A stretch of DNA of 15,356 bases from Pseudomonadota bacterium (GCA_043822785.1 JBDRBN010000117.1:1-15356); one strand, 5' to 3'. Shown: positions 1 through 9,227, counted from the first letter of the stretch. The notes: a model not told the origin generated them from the sequence alone. Translations and numbers: made by a program.

Positions 1-157
1 TCCTGCATCACCTTTAACCTATTGTTTTCCTTCATCGTCAGTAGCATCCCTTCCACCTCCTACGCTTACCCCATAGAAGGTATTATCTACTGACATTTTC
101 CCTTGGGCAATTACCCTGACATTATCGCTTGGGTACCACAGGCACTCTGTCGAAGGA

Positions 158-186
158 TTGACAAAACATGAGGTCGGTGCTAGCAA
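158..186 (+). promoter_or_regulatory. Putative sigma70-type promoter for tRNA-Gly
   Basis: Perfect TTGACA at 158-163, 17-nt spacer, weak -10 TAGCAA at 181-186 preceded by TG-n and followed by a GC-rich stretch (gtcggccc); about 50 nt upstream of the tRNA. Confidence 0.45.
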
Positions 187-236
187 GTCGGCCCTTGAAT
201 ATAAGTGCTTAATTAGAAATTGGAAATTAGAGGGTC

Positions 237-308
237 GCGGGAGTAGCTCAGTGGTAGAGCTCCACGTTGCCAACGTGGTTGTCGCCGGTTCAAACCCGGT
301 CTCCCGCT
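237..308 (+). tRNA. tRNA-Gly (anticodon GCC); CCA not encoded
   Basis: Cloverleaf: acceptor GCGGGAG 237-243/CTCCCGC 301-307; D arm GCTC/GAGC; anticodon stem CCACG/CGTGG with loop TTGCCAA (GCC at 269-271); T arm GCCGG-TTCAAAC-CCGGT; discriminator T308 followed by CAA. Confidence 0.97.
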
Positions 309-315
309 CAAAATA

Positions 316-345
316 AAAGGCCGCAAAAAACGGCCTTTTGTTTTT
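316..345. terminator. Rho-independent terminator, probably bidirectional, between tRNA-Gly and the convergent pgsA
   Basis: aaaaggccg-caaaaaa-cggcctttt followed by gttttt; A-run on the left and T-run on the right. Confidence 0.8.
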
Positions 346-364
346 GTCCGCCAGAGCTCAGGAT

Positions 365-964
365 TCAAGAAGCGCTCCCCTTGGCGGGCAGCCCCCTGAA
401 AAAGCCAATCGCATAATGCAGACCAGAAACGACAGAGAAGATAAGCGAAGGCACCATAATCACCCATGCCACAAGCCGCCACTGAATACCAAAAAAAGGA
501 TAATGCATAAGAAGTCCGACCGTAGCTGTGGAGACAAACGCTGACTTATATTTTCCTAAGTGGCTGGCAGCGATCACCACCCCCTCGTCAATGGCTATGC
601 CCCGAAGGGCCGTAACCGTAACCTCGCGCATGAGAAAGATACATACGATCCATGCTGGAATGCGCCCCAACGGAATCATCATTATCATTGCAACCAGAAA
701 GAGCATCTTATCTGCCAGAGGATCTATGAATTTACCAAACGTGCTTGATAGGCCCTTTTTGCGCGCAAGATATCCATCAACCATGTCCGAGCACATGGCC
801 AACGTAAAGATTATGGCTGAGATGAACGAAAGACTCCTGTTGAGCGCAAGACGAGAAGGATCATTATCATCCATAAAGAGCATTACGACTAAAAGAATTG
901 GGACCGCAAAGATTCTTCCGATAGTTATCCAGTTTGGCAGGTTGAGATATGCTCGAGATGTCAC
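365..964 (-). CDS. pgsA: CDP-diacylglycerol--glycerol-3-phosphate 3-phosphatidyltransferase
   Basis: NLPNWITIGRI N-terminus; CDP-alcohol phosphotransferase motif DMVDGYLARK..STFGKFIDPLADK; REVTVTALR; several TM helices; GTG start after AGGGGG RBS. Confidence 0.93.
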   Translation of the reverse strand: MTSRAYLNLPNWITIGRIFAVPILLVVMLFMDDNDPSRLALNRSLSFISAIIFTLAMCSDMVDGYLARKKGLSSTFGKFIDPLADKMLFLVAMIMMIPLGRIPAWIVCIFLMREVTVTALRGIAIDEGVVIAASHLGKYKSAFVSTATVGLLMHYPFFGIQWRLVAWVIMVPSLIFSVVSGLHYAIGFFRGLPAKGSAS

Positions 965-978
965 AATACCCCCTCAAC

Positions 979-1055
979 TGTCATTGCGAGCAAAGCGAAG
1001 CAATCTCCATTATTTTGGGAGATTGCTTCGTCGTCTTCGACTCCTCGCAATGACA
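979..1055 (+). repeat. REP-like cruciform palindromic element, copy 1 (complete)
   Basis: Outer stem tgtcattgcgag 979-990/ctcgcaatgaca 1044-1055; inner stem cgaagcaatctcc 996-1008/ggagattgcttcg 1018-1030; first 27 nt identical to the copy at 15203. Confidence 0.85.
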
Positions 1056-1116
1056 CTCATTGTGAATTTTGTCAAAGGGATTGTACTGGCATTATTTCTC
1101 TGTTATTCATCTAATC

Positions 1117-2724
1117 ATGAAAGCCCAGTACGATTACATCGTCATCGGCAGCGGAATTGCGGGTCTTACGTTCGCGCTTACAGTGGCTGATTCAGGCTCT
1201 GTGGCCATTGTGACCAAACGAAGTCGGGATGAATCTGCCACAAAATACGCCCAGGGCGGCATTGCAGCTGTTGTGAGTGAAGCTGACTCTTTTGAGAGCC
1301 ACATTGAAGACACGCTTTCGGCTGGCAAAGGCCTGTGCAATGAGGATGTGGTTCGAGAAATTGTTAATGAAGGCCCAGCACACATCAGAAGACTTATCGA
1401 GTGGGGCGTAAGGTTTAGCCATGGCGAAAAAAGGCCCTTTGACCTTACCAAAGAGGGCGGCCACAGCCACAGGCGAGTGCTGCATTTTGGGGATTTTACA
1501 GGCCAAGAGATAGAACGCGCCCTGCTTGAGGCGCTTGCAAAGCATCCGAATGTCACTTTTTTCGAAGATCACATAGCAATAAACTTGATAACCACGAAAA
1601 AGCTCAACCACCGCATAAAGCACAATCGTTGCATCGGAGTCTATGTGCTGAACATAGGCGATGGCAAGATACTTACGCTTGCAAGCAAGACCACTCTGCT
1701 TGCAACTGGTGGTGCCGGAAAGGTTTATCTATACACATCAAATCCTGATGTCGCCTCTGGCGACGGCATAGCAATGGCCTACAGGGCTGGGGCGCGCATT
1801 GCCAATCTTGAGTTTGTACAATTTCATCCTACTTGCCTCTTTCATCCTAAGGCAAAAACCTTTCTCATAACAGAATCGCTTAGAGGTGAAGGAGCAAAGC
1901 TTAAACTCATGGATGGCACGCCTTTCATGAAGAAATACGATCCCCGCAAAGAGCTCGCAACAAGGGACATCGTAGCGCGTGCGATCGACGCAGAGCTCAA
2001 AAGGCGCGGCGATGATTATGTGCTGCTCGATGCAACGCACATGGATGCTGCTTTTTTAAAAAAACGATTTCCAAATGTATATGAGACGTGTCTGGGCTTT
2101 GGCATCGACGTAACAAAAGAGCCCTTGCCTGTTGTGCCAGCAGCTCACTATTTTTGTGGTGGAGTGCTTAGCAATTTAGACGGCACCACCAATATAGACG
2201 GTCTTCTTGTTTGTGGCGAAGTTGCCTGCACAGGACTTCACGGTGCCAACAGGCTTCCTTCCAATTCCCTTCTAGAAGCTGTTGTAACCGCTTCGCACGC
2301 AGCACGCACAGCTCGAGCGCGGCTTGATCATGTTAGCGCGAAGATGCCTTCTATTCCGCCTTGGGATCCTGGCAGGGCAAGGAACTCAGACGAAGAAGTT
2401 GTCATCACCCAAAACTGGGACGAGATCCGCCGGCTCATGTGGAACTATGTCGGTATCGTCCGGTCAGACAAGAGGCTAAAGCGTGCCCTGCGCCGCATCA
2501 AGCTTCTACAAGAGGAAATTTCTGAATATTATTGGAATTACAGAGTAACTTCAGATCTCATCGAGCTGCGCAACGTTGCACTGGTTGCATCGCTTGTGAT
2601 TCGCTCGGCGCTCAAGCGAAAAGAGAGCCGTGGACTACACTACAATATAGATTATCCTAAAACGAGCAATGCTTATAAGAAGGATACTATTCTAGTTAGA
2701 AAGTTAGGTAAGAAGAAAAGATAA
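1117..2724 (+). CDS. nadB: L-aspartate oxidase
   Basis: FAD-binding [72 protein letters not shown]. The ATG at 1117 (MKAQYDY) fits the family N-terminus better than 1069. Confidence 0.95.
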   Translation: MKAQYDYIVIGSGIAGLTFALTVADSGSVAIVTKRSRDESATKYAQGGIAAVVSEADSFESHIEDTLSAGKGLCNEDVVREIVNEGPAHIRRLIEWGVRFSHGEKRPFDLTKEGGHSHRRVLHFGDFTGQEIERALLEALAKHPNVTFFEDHIAINLITTKKLNHRIKHNRCIGVYVLNIGDGKILTLASKTTLLATGGAGKVYLYTSNPDVASGDGIAMAYRAGARIANLEFVQFHPTCLFHPKAKTFLITESLRGEGAKLKLMDGTPFMKKYDPRKELATRDIVARAIDAELKRRGDDYVLLDATHMDAAFLKKRFPNVYETCLGFGIDVTKEPLPVVPAAHYFCGGVLSNLDGTTNIDGLLVCGEVACTGLHGANRLPSNSLLEAVVTASHAARTARARLDHVSAKMPSIPPWDPGRARNSDEEVVITQNWDEIRRLMWNYVGIVRSDKRLKRALRRIKLLQEEISEYYWNYRVTSDLIELRNVALVASLVIRSALKRKESRGLHYNIDYPKTSNAYKKDTILVRKLGKKKR

Positions 2725-2735
2725 CTTTATGTCCT

Positions 2736-2775
2736 GGAGATCGCCGCGTCCGCTTTCAGCCTCCTCGCGATGACA
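2736..2775 (+). repeat. REP-like element, copy 2 (3' half only)
   Basis: ggagatcgccgcgtc...ctcctcgcgatgaca(ctc) aligns with 1018-1058 ggagattgcttcgtc...ctcctcgcaatgaca(ctc). Confidence 0.7.
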
Positions 2776-2780
2776 CTCGC

Positions 2781-2808
2781 TGGTAACTGGTTACTGATCA
2801 CTGGTTAC
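2781..2808. repeat. Heptamer tandem repeat (4 units)
   Basis: tggtaac tggttac tgatcac tggttac; overlaps the stop codon at 2805-2807. Confidence 0.7.
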
Positions 2809-3371
2809 TGTTTTACCTTCCACTCCAGTGTCGACTCACCTACAACGCTTTTCATAGTAAGCTCAACTTCGTCTCTGAGAGGAACTTTAGGAAAAGTGAC
2901 CCGATAAGCCTTTGACCATCGATCTATGAATGGAAACATACGCTCCTCATAGGGCGTGATAGGCAACATTTCAATAGATAATGGTTTAACTGCTTCACCA
3001 TCTGCAGTGATGAGTTCTATCCTCCAAAAGGAATCATCATATACAGAAAAAGATTTGTATTGCTCACGTGTGTACATGACTATAAGAAAATCCCATCCAC
3101 TGACCTGGCGATGCATCTGCTCTGTTTCAAACCTTTCGGCGTTTATGGGGTCAATGCGTTTTATTTTCTCATGTTGCTTGATGAAGGCATCTCTAAAGTG
3201 CTTGTTAAAAAAAGTGGCATGCCAGATGAGCTCGGCATTCCAATCGTTGGGATGATATATTCTCCCCATCTCTGTAGCTTTGCTCAGCTCTCTTCTATAT
3301 CCAGCTTGAACTGCTGCGGAGCTACAGATGATGGCAATTAATACTATGCAGGTTAAGAGACGTTTTCCCAT
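2805..3371 (-). CDS. Hypothetical exported protein (~188 aa)
   Basis: ATG at 3371 preceded by GAAAGAGG RBS; signal peptide MGKRLLTCIVLIAIICSSAAVQA; overlaps the end of the upstream hydrolase gene by 19 nt; no recognised family. Confidence 0.75.
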   Translation of the reverse strand: MGKRLLTCIVLIAIICSSAAVQAGYRRELSKATEMGRIYHPNDWNAELIWHATFFNKHFRDAFIKQHEKIKRIDPINAERFETEQMHRQVSGWDFLIVMYTREQYKSFSVYDDSFWRIELITADGEAVKPLSIEMLPITPYEERMFPFIDRWSKAYRVTFPKVPLRDEVELTMKSVVGESTLEWKVKQ

Positions 3372-4261
3372 AAAACCTCTTTCTGATTTAGCGGATATTG
3401 ATTTGCTGCTGCGCAATTTGTTTGCGTTCGCGCAGTAATCCATTTGGCAACATCGTCCATCACTTTTTCTTTGCCAATATCATGTAGAAGGTCGTGGTAC
3501 ATACCTGGATATATATGACATTCTTTGTCTTCAGAGCTAAGTCTGGCTGTAAACCAAACAGACGCATTACAATCGCATATGCGATCGTCAGATCCTGCGA
3601 GCATGAGCATAGGCACATGAATGCGCGCAGGCAGCCCTGCTAATAGTTCCAAATTCTTTATGATCTCATTATCCGTAGATAGCGTGAACCTGCGATGAAA
3701 AAGGTTGTCATCTGACATGTTTTCCACTTCCTTGAAATCGCGGGATAGATCCTCAAACCTTATGCCATTGCCCACAGAGAATTTGGGTAAAATTCCATGA
3801 AACTTTTTTGTAAGCTCTCTCTTCCACCGCGGCATTTGCACCTTTGGCGCTAGGGTTGCAGAGATCGATACCATGCCATCTACAGGCTGTGCATGCATGA
3901 GCAGATAATTTATCCCTATCAGGGCGCCCAGGCCATACCCAACGATAATAAGCGGTGTTTCAGCAGGCAAGTTGCTACGAGAGAACTGTACAAAGCTGGC
4001 CAGGTCATCCACCCAGTCTGCAAATTGCGCAACATGCCCCCTGGGGCCTTGGGTTTGGCCATGCCCTCTTTGATCGTAGATTGCGCAGGCGCATTGCTCC
4101 CCCACTATGCGCTTTATAAACTGGCTGTACCTGCCCGAGTGATCGCCAAGGCCATGCAAAAACACTACAAGCGCCCTGGGCTTATGCGGAATCCAGTGCT
4201 GATAATAATAGATGAGGCCGTGTGGTAGCCTGGCGAACTTGATGGATATATCGATTGGCAT
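3353..4261 (-). CDS. Alpha/beta hydrolase-fold protein, lysophospholipase/monoacylglycerol lipase (Hydrolase_4)-like, nucleophile Ser absent
   Basis: VFLHGLGDHSGRY, YDQRGHG, acid motif GSDDRIC, His motif GMYHDL; the nucleophile elbow reads GYGLG instead of GHSxG. Confidence 0.88.
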   Translation of the reverse strand: MPIDISIKFARLPHGLIYYYQHWIPHKPRALVVFLHGLGDHSGRYSQFIKRIVGEQCACAIYDQRGHGQTQGPRGHVAQFADWVDDLASFVQFSRSNLPAETPLIIVGYGLGALIGINYLLMHAQPVDGMVSISATLAPKVQMPRWKRELTKKFHGILPKFSVGNGIRFEDLSRDFKEVENMSDDNLFHRRFTLSTDNEIIKNLELLAGLPARIHVPMLMLAGSDDRICDCNASVWFTARLSSEDKECHIYPGMYHDLLHDIGKEKVMDDVAKWITARTQTNCAAANQYPLNQKEVLWENVS

Positions 4262-4305
4262 GAATTTCGTTACTAAAAGATTTTACGGCTCAATGCAAGA
4301 ATCTC

Positions 4306-4340
4306 GGAGATCCTTCGGGCTCAAACGCCCTCAGGATGAC
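4306..4340 (+). repeat. REP-like element, copy 3 (3' half, variant type)
   Basis: ggagatccttcgggc-tcaaac-gccctcaggatgac parallels 5713-5745 ggggattgcttcgggc-tac-gccctcgcaatgac. Confidence 0.65.
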
Positions 4341-4368
4341 CTCTCGGGGAAAGCTCCCCGAGAGGTCA
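4337..4368. other. Perfect 14-bp hairpin at the dnaJ 3' end (possible terminator or mRNA stability element)
   Basis: tgacctctcgggga-aagc-tccccgagaggtca; includes the dnaJ stop codon. Confidence 0.6.
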
Positions 4369-5442
4369 CTTTTCCTCTTTTAACAGTTGCTCGATGAGAT
4401 CCCGCTCTCGTTTAGAAAGCTTCTTAGGGGTCGCGACGATAAAGCGCACTATCTGATCGCCCCTGTGCCCTGGCCGATGTATGCTCACAAGCCCTTTTCC
4501 TTTAAGGCGTATCTCATCGCCTGTCTGGGTGCCAGCAGACACCTTAATTTCGAATTCCTCATCAAGGCCTGAAACCTTGATCTTTGCGCCAAGCGTTGCC
4601 TTAGGAAAGGAGATTTCCTGATTCAGAAGCAGATCATCACCATTTCTCTTAAGAATTTCATGAGGCTTTACGCTCATAAATACATAAAGATCTCCTGAAG
4701 GACCGCCGCGCTCTCCCTTTTCGCCTTGTCCTCGCAACACAAGCTGCATTCCATCATCAATGCCAGCTGGAACCTTTACGCTTATCTTGCTCATCCTTCT
4801 CACCCGGCCGTGACCGCGGCAATCGTCACACGTTTTCTCGATGACCGCGCCCTCTCCCTTGCAGCGCGGACAGGTGCTCTGAAGCACAAAAAAGCCTTGC
4901 CGCTGCATGATGTTTCCTGAGCCGCCGCATACGTTGCAGGCGATCTTGGATGTGCCTGGAGCTGAGCCTGCACCCTCACATGTCTCACACGTAACATGGC
5001 GCTCTACCCTAATCTCTTTTTCCACGCCTTTTGCTGCCTCCAAAAACGTAACAACAAGATCGTGGCGCAAATCGCCACCTACACGAGCACCACTCCTTCC
5101 GGCTCTGGCTCTGCCTGTGCCAAAACCTAACCCCACACCGCCAAAGAATTCTTCAAAAATATCGCCCATAGAGGCAAATATATCGTCCATGTTAGTAAAG
5201 CCGTGAAAGCCGCTTCCCTCAAGCCCTCTGTGGCCATATACATCGTAGATCTGCCTCTTCTGGCTATCGGTCAGCACCTCATATGCTTCAGACGCCTCTT
5301 TGAACTTTTCTTCGGCCTCAGGATCATGGGGATTGCGGTCAGGATGGTACTTGAGCGCAAGCCGCCGGTAAGCCTTTTTTATCTCAGCATCCGAACAGCT
5401 TCTATCAACGCCTAGAACTTTGTAGTAATCTTGTTTAATCAT
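4366..5442 (-). CDS. dnaJ: Chaperone DnaJ (class A)
   Basis: J domain with HPD, G/F-rich linker, four CxxCxGxG motifs ([32 protein letters not shown]), GDLYV. Start chosen at 5442 (MIKQDYY) because ATG 5475 overlaps the predicted -10 box. Confidence 0.96.
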   Translation of the reverse strand: MIKQDYYKVLGVDRSCSDAEIKKAYRRLALKYHPDRNPHDPEAEEKFKEASEAYEVLTDSQKRQIYDVYGHRGLEGSGFHGFTNMDDIFASMGDIFEEFFGGVGLGFGTGRARAGRSGARVGGDLRHDLVVTFLEAAKGVEKEIRVERHVTCETCEGAGSAPGTSKIACNVCGGSGNIMQRQGFFVLQSTCPRCKGEGAVIEKTCDDCRGHGRVRRMSKISVKVPAGIDDGMQLVLRGQGEKGERGGPSGDLYVFMSVKPHEILKRNGDDLLLNQEISFPKATLGAKIKVSGLDEEFEIKVSAGTQTGDEIRLKGKGLVSIHRPGHRGDQIVRFIVATPKKLSKRERDLIEQLLKEEK

Positions 5443-5473
5443 TTTTAATATCCGCGTACTTATCCATCCTTTC

Positions 5474-5505
5474 ATTTGGGAGCAAAAGCCCTTTAAGTCA
5501 AGGGG
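5474..5505 (-). promoter_or_regulatory. sigma32 (RpoH)-like heat-shock promoter for dnaJ
   Basis: Minus strand CCCCTTGAC-N15-TCCCAAAT; same architecture as upstream of dnaK. Confidence 0.7.
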
Positions 5506-5509
5506 CTAT

Positions 5510-5535
5510 CAGCTGAATGCTGATAGCTGATGGCT
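5510..5535. repeat. Short heptamer tandem repeat
   Basis: cagctga atgctga tagctga tggct. Confidence 0.55.
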
Positions 5536-5597
5536 ACACAGAGTGTCAAGACATTGACGCAAATCTCAAATCGATAAGCGCTGATGCCCATAATTGC

Positions 5598-5625
5598 TTG
5601 ATTTCCTGGCATATTGACCTATAAT
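5598..5625 (+). promoter_or_regulatory. Putative sigma70 promoter for the lipoprotein gene
   Basis: TTGATT 5598-5603, 16-nt spacer, perfect TATAAT 5620-5625. Confidence 0.45.
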
Positions 5626-5656
5626 GCGTGGTATGGTTTTTGCTATATTAATGAAA

Positions 5657-5746
5657 TGTCATCGCGAGTCCAGCACCAGGTGGTGCTGGACGTGGCGATC
5701 CCCGTAAGTTTCGGGGATTGCTTCGGGCTACGCCCTCGCAATGACA
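5657..5746 (+). repeat. REP-like cruciform element, copy 4 (complete, four-way junction)
   Basis: Outer tgtcatcgcgag/ctcgcaatgaca; arm gtccagcacca-gg-tggtgctggac; arm cgtggcgatcccc/ggggattgcttcg; arm gggc-tac-gccc. Confidence 0.85.
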
Positions 5747-5761
5747 AGAATGAGGTGTCTT

Positions 5762-7084
5762 ATGAAAAAATATGGATTTTTAGCGCTCATCGGGCTGTGC
5801 TTTCTCATCTCAGCATGCACTGATACTGTCTCTGGCCAAGTCTTTATAGATGAAAACGGCAATGGCCTATACGACATGAAGGAGATGGGCGTGCCTTATG
5901 CCAAGATCCTGCTAACACGTGATAACGACAAGATTGCCGAACGCTACACCGACGCAAACGGTTTTTTTGATATTCCCATCAAACGCAAGGCAGGCAGGGT
6001 TTGCGTTTCTACTGACCTGTCGTTTGCAGAAGCCAACCTCAATTACATACAAGAATCATTGAGCAAGGGCATACCAGCAGCAGCCATGACAGTTGCTCCT
6101 CTAAAAATCAAAGCTGCAACCGCCACGACCGAAGAAGAAGCAGAGGATGAGGAAGAAGAAGCAACCGAAGTAACAGTTGAAACTCCTGAATCCACAACAT
6201 CTGTACAGGGCTGGGTGGGCGACCAGTACTGTGAAGATGTGAAGTTTAAGGGATTTACGGCGCTCATACCAGTCAACATGGACTATGAAGCAGCGATCTC
6301 GGCCATGCCTGAAAGGCTAGAAGTAAAATGCTATGCTGGCGCAGAATGCGAACTCGTCATTCCCTATCCAGATGGATGCCAGCTTGAAACCATTTATTTG
6401 CCCCAGGGACTTAGCTTGGCTAAAGATGATCAGGCAGGAATATCTTACAACGATTCTTTGAACAGCATAAGTTTTGATGCGAGCGCTGGCATTACAGGGG
6501 CATCAGCACAAAAAGCTGCAACAGCAAGGCCTGCTATATCAGTGGGCAATTATCGCCTTGTAATTTTAAATCTGAAAGTAGAAAGCGATGTAGATATTGG
6601 AACAACAGAATACAAGATAACGCCAGCTGCCAAATGTGCAGACCAGACACTTTCTTTGCAAACCATCCAAATGGACATTGAAAGGGAGTTCGATCTTGCC
6701 GTGTATCAGGATCTTAAGACCATGGGCAAGATTAAGACACAAAACAATGTAACGTTTGCCGCGAGTGTTGAAAACAGGGGCAGAAGCACAGTTTCGTACG
6801 GCGATCTGACCATCACTATCATTCCGGAGAGTGCTGATTCAACGCTTGATCTTCAGACCCTGCCTGAAGGTTGCAAGAATTACGTCACAAAGGTCATCTG
6901 TCGCATAGAAGAAATAGCACCTAAGTCAACTGAGACTCGAACCATAACATTCAAACCGATTATAGATCCCAACGTAGCGTCAGGCGATTATGACGGCTAC
7001 AAATACGACGTCAAATTCTTCGCACCTGGCATGGATACTTCTCAAGAGACTGAGCAGGTAGAGATGAAGGTGTACGCACCATAA
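5762..7084 (+). CDS. Surface lipoprotein with N-terminal SdrD-B/Cna-B-like domain and C-terminal DUF11/Ig-like domain
   Basis: GAGGTG RBS; MKKYG plus hydrophobic stretch and lipobox LISA-C; VSGQVFIDENGNGLYD..E.GV....YTDANGFF is SdrD-B-like; acidic Thr/Glu linker; beta-rich C-terminus (ASVENRG..., VICRIEEIAP.STET.TI). Confidence 0.8.
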   Translation: MKKYGFLALIGLCFLISACTDTVSGQVFIDENGNGLYDMKEMGVPYAKILLTRDNDKIAERYTDANGFFDIPIKRKAGRVCVSTDLSFAEANLNYIQESLSKGIPAAAMTVAPLKIKAATATTEEEAEDEEEEATEVTVETPESTTSVQGWVGDQYCEDVKFKGFTALIPVNMDYEAAISAMPERLEVKCYAGAECELVIPYPDGCQLETIYLPQGLSLAKDDQAGISYNDSLNSISFDASAGITGASAQKAATARPAISVGNYRLVILNLKVESDVDIGTTEYKITPAAKCADQTLSLQTIQMDIEREFDLAVYQDLKTMGKIKTQNNVTFAASVENRGRSTVSYGDLTITIIPESADSTLDLQTLPEGCKNYVTKVICRIEEIAPKSTETRTITFKPIIDPNVASGDYDGYKYDVKFFAPGMDTSQETEQVEMKVYAP

Positions 7085-7088
7085 GCTC

Positions 7089-7223
7089 AAATTCCAAGCA
7101 CCAAATAACAAACAAGTACCAAATTCCAATACCCAAATTCCAAACAAAACCCTTTAAATCCGTGTGTTTTGGTCATTGGAATTTGGAATTTATTTGGAGT
7201 TTGGTATTTGGAGCTTGGAATTT
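7089..7223. repeat. Inverted pair of degenerate heptamer arrays (AAATTCC-type)
   Basis: Left arm aaattcc aagcacc aaataac aaac aagtacc aaattcc aataccc aaattcc; the right arm (7166-7223) reverse-complements to aaattcc aagctcc aaatacc aaactcc aaat aaattcc aaattcc aatgacc. Confidence 0.85.
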
Positions 7224-7231
7224 TATTGCAT

Positions 7232-7263
7232 CCCCTTGACTCCCCTTTAAAAAGGGCCCATAT
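7232..7263 (+). promoter_or_regulatory. sigma32 (RpoH)-like heat-shock promoter for dnaK
   Basis: CCCCTTGAC (7232-7240)-N15-GCCCATAT (7256-7263); resembles the CTTGAA...CCCCATNT consensus. Confidence 0.75.
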
Positions 7264-7304
7264 GAGCCTGTGCAAATACGAACCAATCTATTTGGAGGGT
7301 AACA

Positions 7305-9227
7305 ATGGGAAAAATAATAGGAATTGACCTGGGTACCACAAACTCTTGCGTGTCTGTTATGGAAGGCGGCGAGCCCAAGATCATCGCTAATGAGGAGGGC
7401 AGCCGCACCACTCCATCGGTGGTAGGCTTTACAAAGGATGGAGAGATCCTGGTTGGCCAGATAGCCAAACGCCAGGCCATTACCAATCCAGAAAAAACAG
7501 TCTATTCAATCAAGCGCTTCATGGGCCGCAAGTACGATGAGGTGCCAGAAGAAATCCGTATAGTCCCGTACAAGGTGGGTCATGCTGCTAACGGCGATGC
7601 TGAGGTAATCATCGACGACAAAGTGTATTCTCCTCCTGAGATATCCGCACATATCTTGCGCAAGCTAAAGAAAGCTGCAGAAAACTATCTGGGCGAGAAG
7701 GTCACAGAAGCCGTAATCACAACGCCTGCCTACTTTAACGACAGCCAGCGCCAGGCGACAAAAGACGCAGGCAAGATCGCAGGCTTTGATGTAAAGAGAA
7801 TCGTGAACGAGCCCACTGCTGCTGCATTGGCATACGGCCTGGATAAGAAAAAAGATGAGACCATCGCGGTGTTCGACTTTGGCGGCGGCACATTCGATAT
7901 CTCCGTACTCGAAGTGGGCGAAAACGTGGTGGAGGTTGCTTCCACTAACGGAAACACACACCTGGGCGGAGACAATATCGATCAACGTATCATGGAATAT
8001 TTGATCGACGAGTTTAAAAAGGATCAGGGCATTGATGTGTCCAATGACAAGATGGTCCTACAGCGCCTTAAGGAAGCTGCTGAAAAGGCTAAGATCGAAC
8101 TCTCGCAAACTATGGAGACCGAGATCAACCTGCCCTTCCTCACAGCAGATGCATCTGGCCCAAAGCACATGAACCTTAAGCTAACCCGTGCAAAATTCGA
8201 GGGGCTTGTAGATGACATCCTCGTGCAAACGCTCGACCCATGCTACAAAGCACTAAAGGATGCAGGCAAGGAAGCCTCTGATATCGATGAGGTCGTACTC
8301 GTAGGTGGTTCCACACGCATCCCTAAGGTGCAACAGCTCGTAAAAGACTTCTTTGGCAAGGAAGCGCACAAGGGCGTTAACCCTGACGAGGTTGTGGCAG
8401 CAGGCGCTGCAGTTCAAGCCGGCGTTTTAGGCGGCGAAGTAAAGGACATGTTGCTCTTAGATGTCACGCCTCTTTCGCTCGGCATCGAAACATTGGGCGG
8501 CGTGATGACCAAGCTCATTGAGCGCAATACCACGATTCCCACGAGAAAGAGCCAGATATTCTCCACTGCTGCTGATAGTCAGACATCAGTCGAAGTTCAC
8601 GTGCTGCAGGGTGAAAGGGATATGGCAAGTGATAACCGCACGCTAGGAAAGTTTCACCTAGACGGCATCCCCTCTGCTCCCCGCGGTATTCCCCAAATCG
8701 AGGTTACGTTTGATATAGATGCTAACGGCATCGTGCATGTTCAAGCCAAGGACAAGGCAACTAGCAAAGAACAGAAGATCACGATCACTGCATCATCCGG
8801 TCTTAACAAGGATGACATCGACAAATTTGTCAAGGATGCCAAGGCACACGAGGCTGAGGACAAGAAGCGCCGCGACGATATCGAGCTGCGCAACCAGGCT
8901 GATGCCATGGTCTACAACACTGAAAAGGTGCTCAAGGAAAACCGCGATAAGATAGATGCAACTGATGCCAAAAAGATCGAGGAAGCATGCGAGGCATGCA
9001 AGAAAGCCGTAGATGAAAAAGACAGCGCAAAGATAAAGAAGACCATGGAAGAACTCACACAAGCCTCGCACAAGATGGCAGAGGCCATGTACAAGGCTTC
9101 AGCCGAAAAAGGAGCAGGAGCAGAGGCTGGTACAGCGCCCGGAACCGAGGAGCCCAAGAAGGAAGAAGAAAAGAAAAAGGACGAAAAGGTCGTTGATGCG
9201 GAGTTTGAAGAATCAAAAGACGACTGA
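7305..9227 (+). CDS. dnaK: Chaperone DnaK (Hsp70)
   Basis: [58 protein letters not shown]-terminal [17 protein letters not shown]. Confidence 0.99.
   Translation: MGKIIGIDLGTTNSCVSVMEGGEPKIIANEEGSRTTPSVVGFTKDGEILVGQIAKRQAITNPEKTVYSIKRFMGRKYDEVPEEIRIVPYKVGHAANGDAEVIIDDKVYSPPEISAHILRKLKKAAENYLGEKVTEAVITTPAYFNDSQRQATKDAGKIAGFDVKRIVNEPTAAALAYGLDKKKDETIAVFDFGGGTFDISVLEVGENVVEVASTNGNTHLGGDNIDQRIMEYLIDEFKKDQGIDVSNDKMVLQRLKEAAEKAKIELSQTMETEINLPFLTADASGPKHMNLKLTRAKFEGLVDDILVQTLDPCYKALKDAGKEASDIDEVVLVGGSTRIPKVQQLVKDFFGKEAHKGVNPDEVVAAGAAVQAGVLGGEVKDMLLLDVTPLSLGIETLGGVMTKLIERNTTIPTRKSQIFSTAADSQTSVEVHVLQGERDMASDNRTLGKFHLDGIPSAPRGIPQIEVTFDIDANGIVHVQAKDKATSKEQKITITASSGLNKDDIDKFVKDAKAHEAEDKKRRDDIELRNQADAMVYNTEKVLKENRDKIDATDAKKIEEACEACKKAVDEKDSAKIKKTMEELTQASHKMAEAMYKASAEKGAGAEAGTAPGTEEPKKEEEKKKDEKVVDAEFEESKDD

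Noticed and set aside
19..273. 84-aa minus-strand ORF (or its 25-aa tail MSVDNTFY...)
   Set aside because: The long form overlaps the tRNA antisense; no family similarity; cannot be judged at the window edge.
237..345. Integrative element at tRNA-Gly
   Set aside because: No integrase, no duplicated tRNA 3' end noticed, and a housekeeping gene follows directly.
5523..5560. CIRCE (HrcA operator) near dnaJ
   Set aside because: Only a right-half-like gagtgtcaa (5541-5549) is present and the left half does not match; the small gtcaa-N4-ttgac palindrome is too short to call.
7089..7223. CRISPR array
   Set aside because: Units are 7 nt, degenerate and inverted, with no unique spacers and no cas genes.
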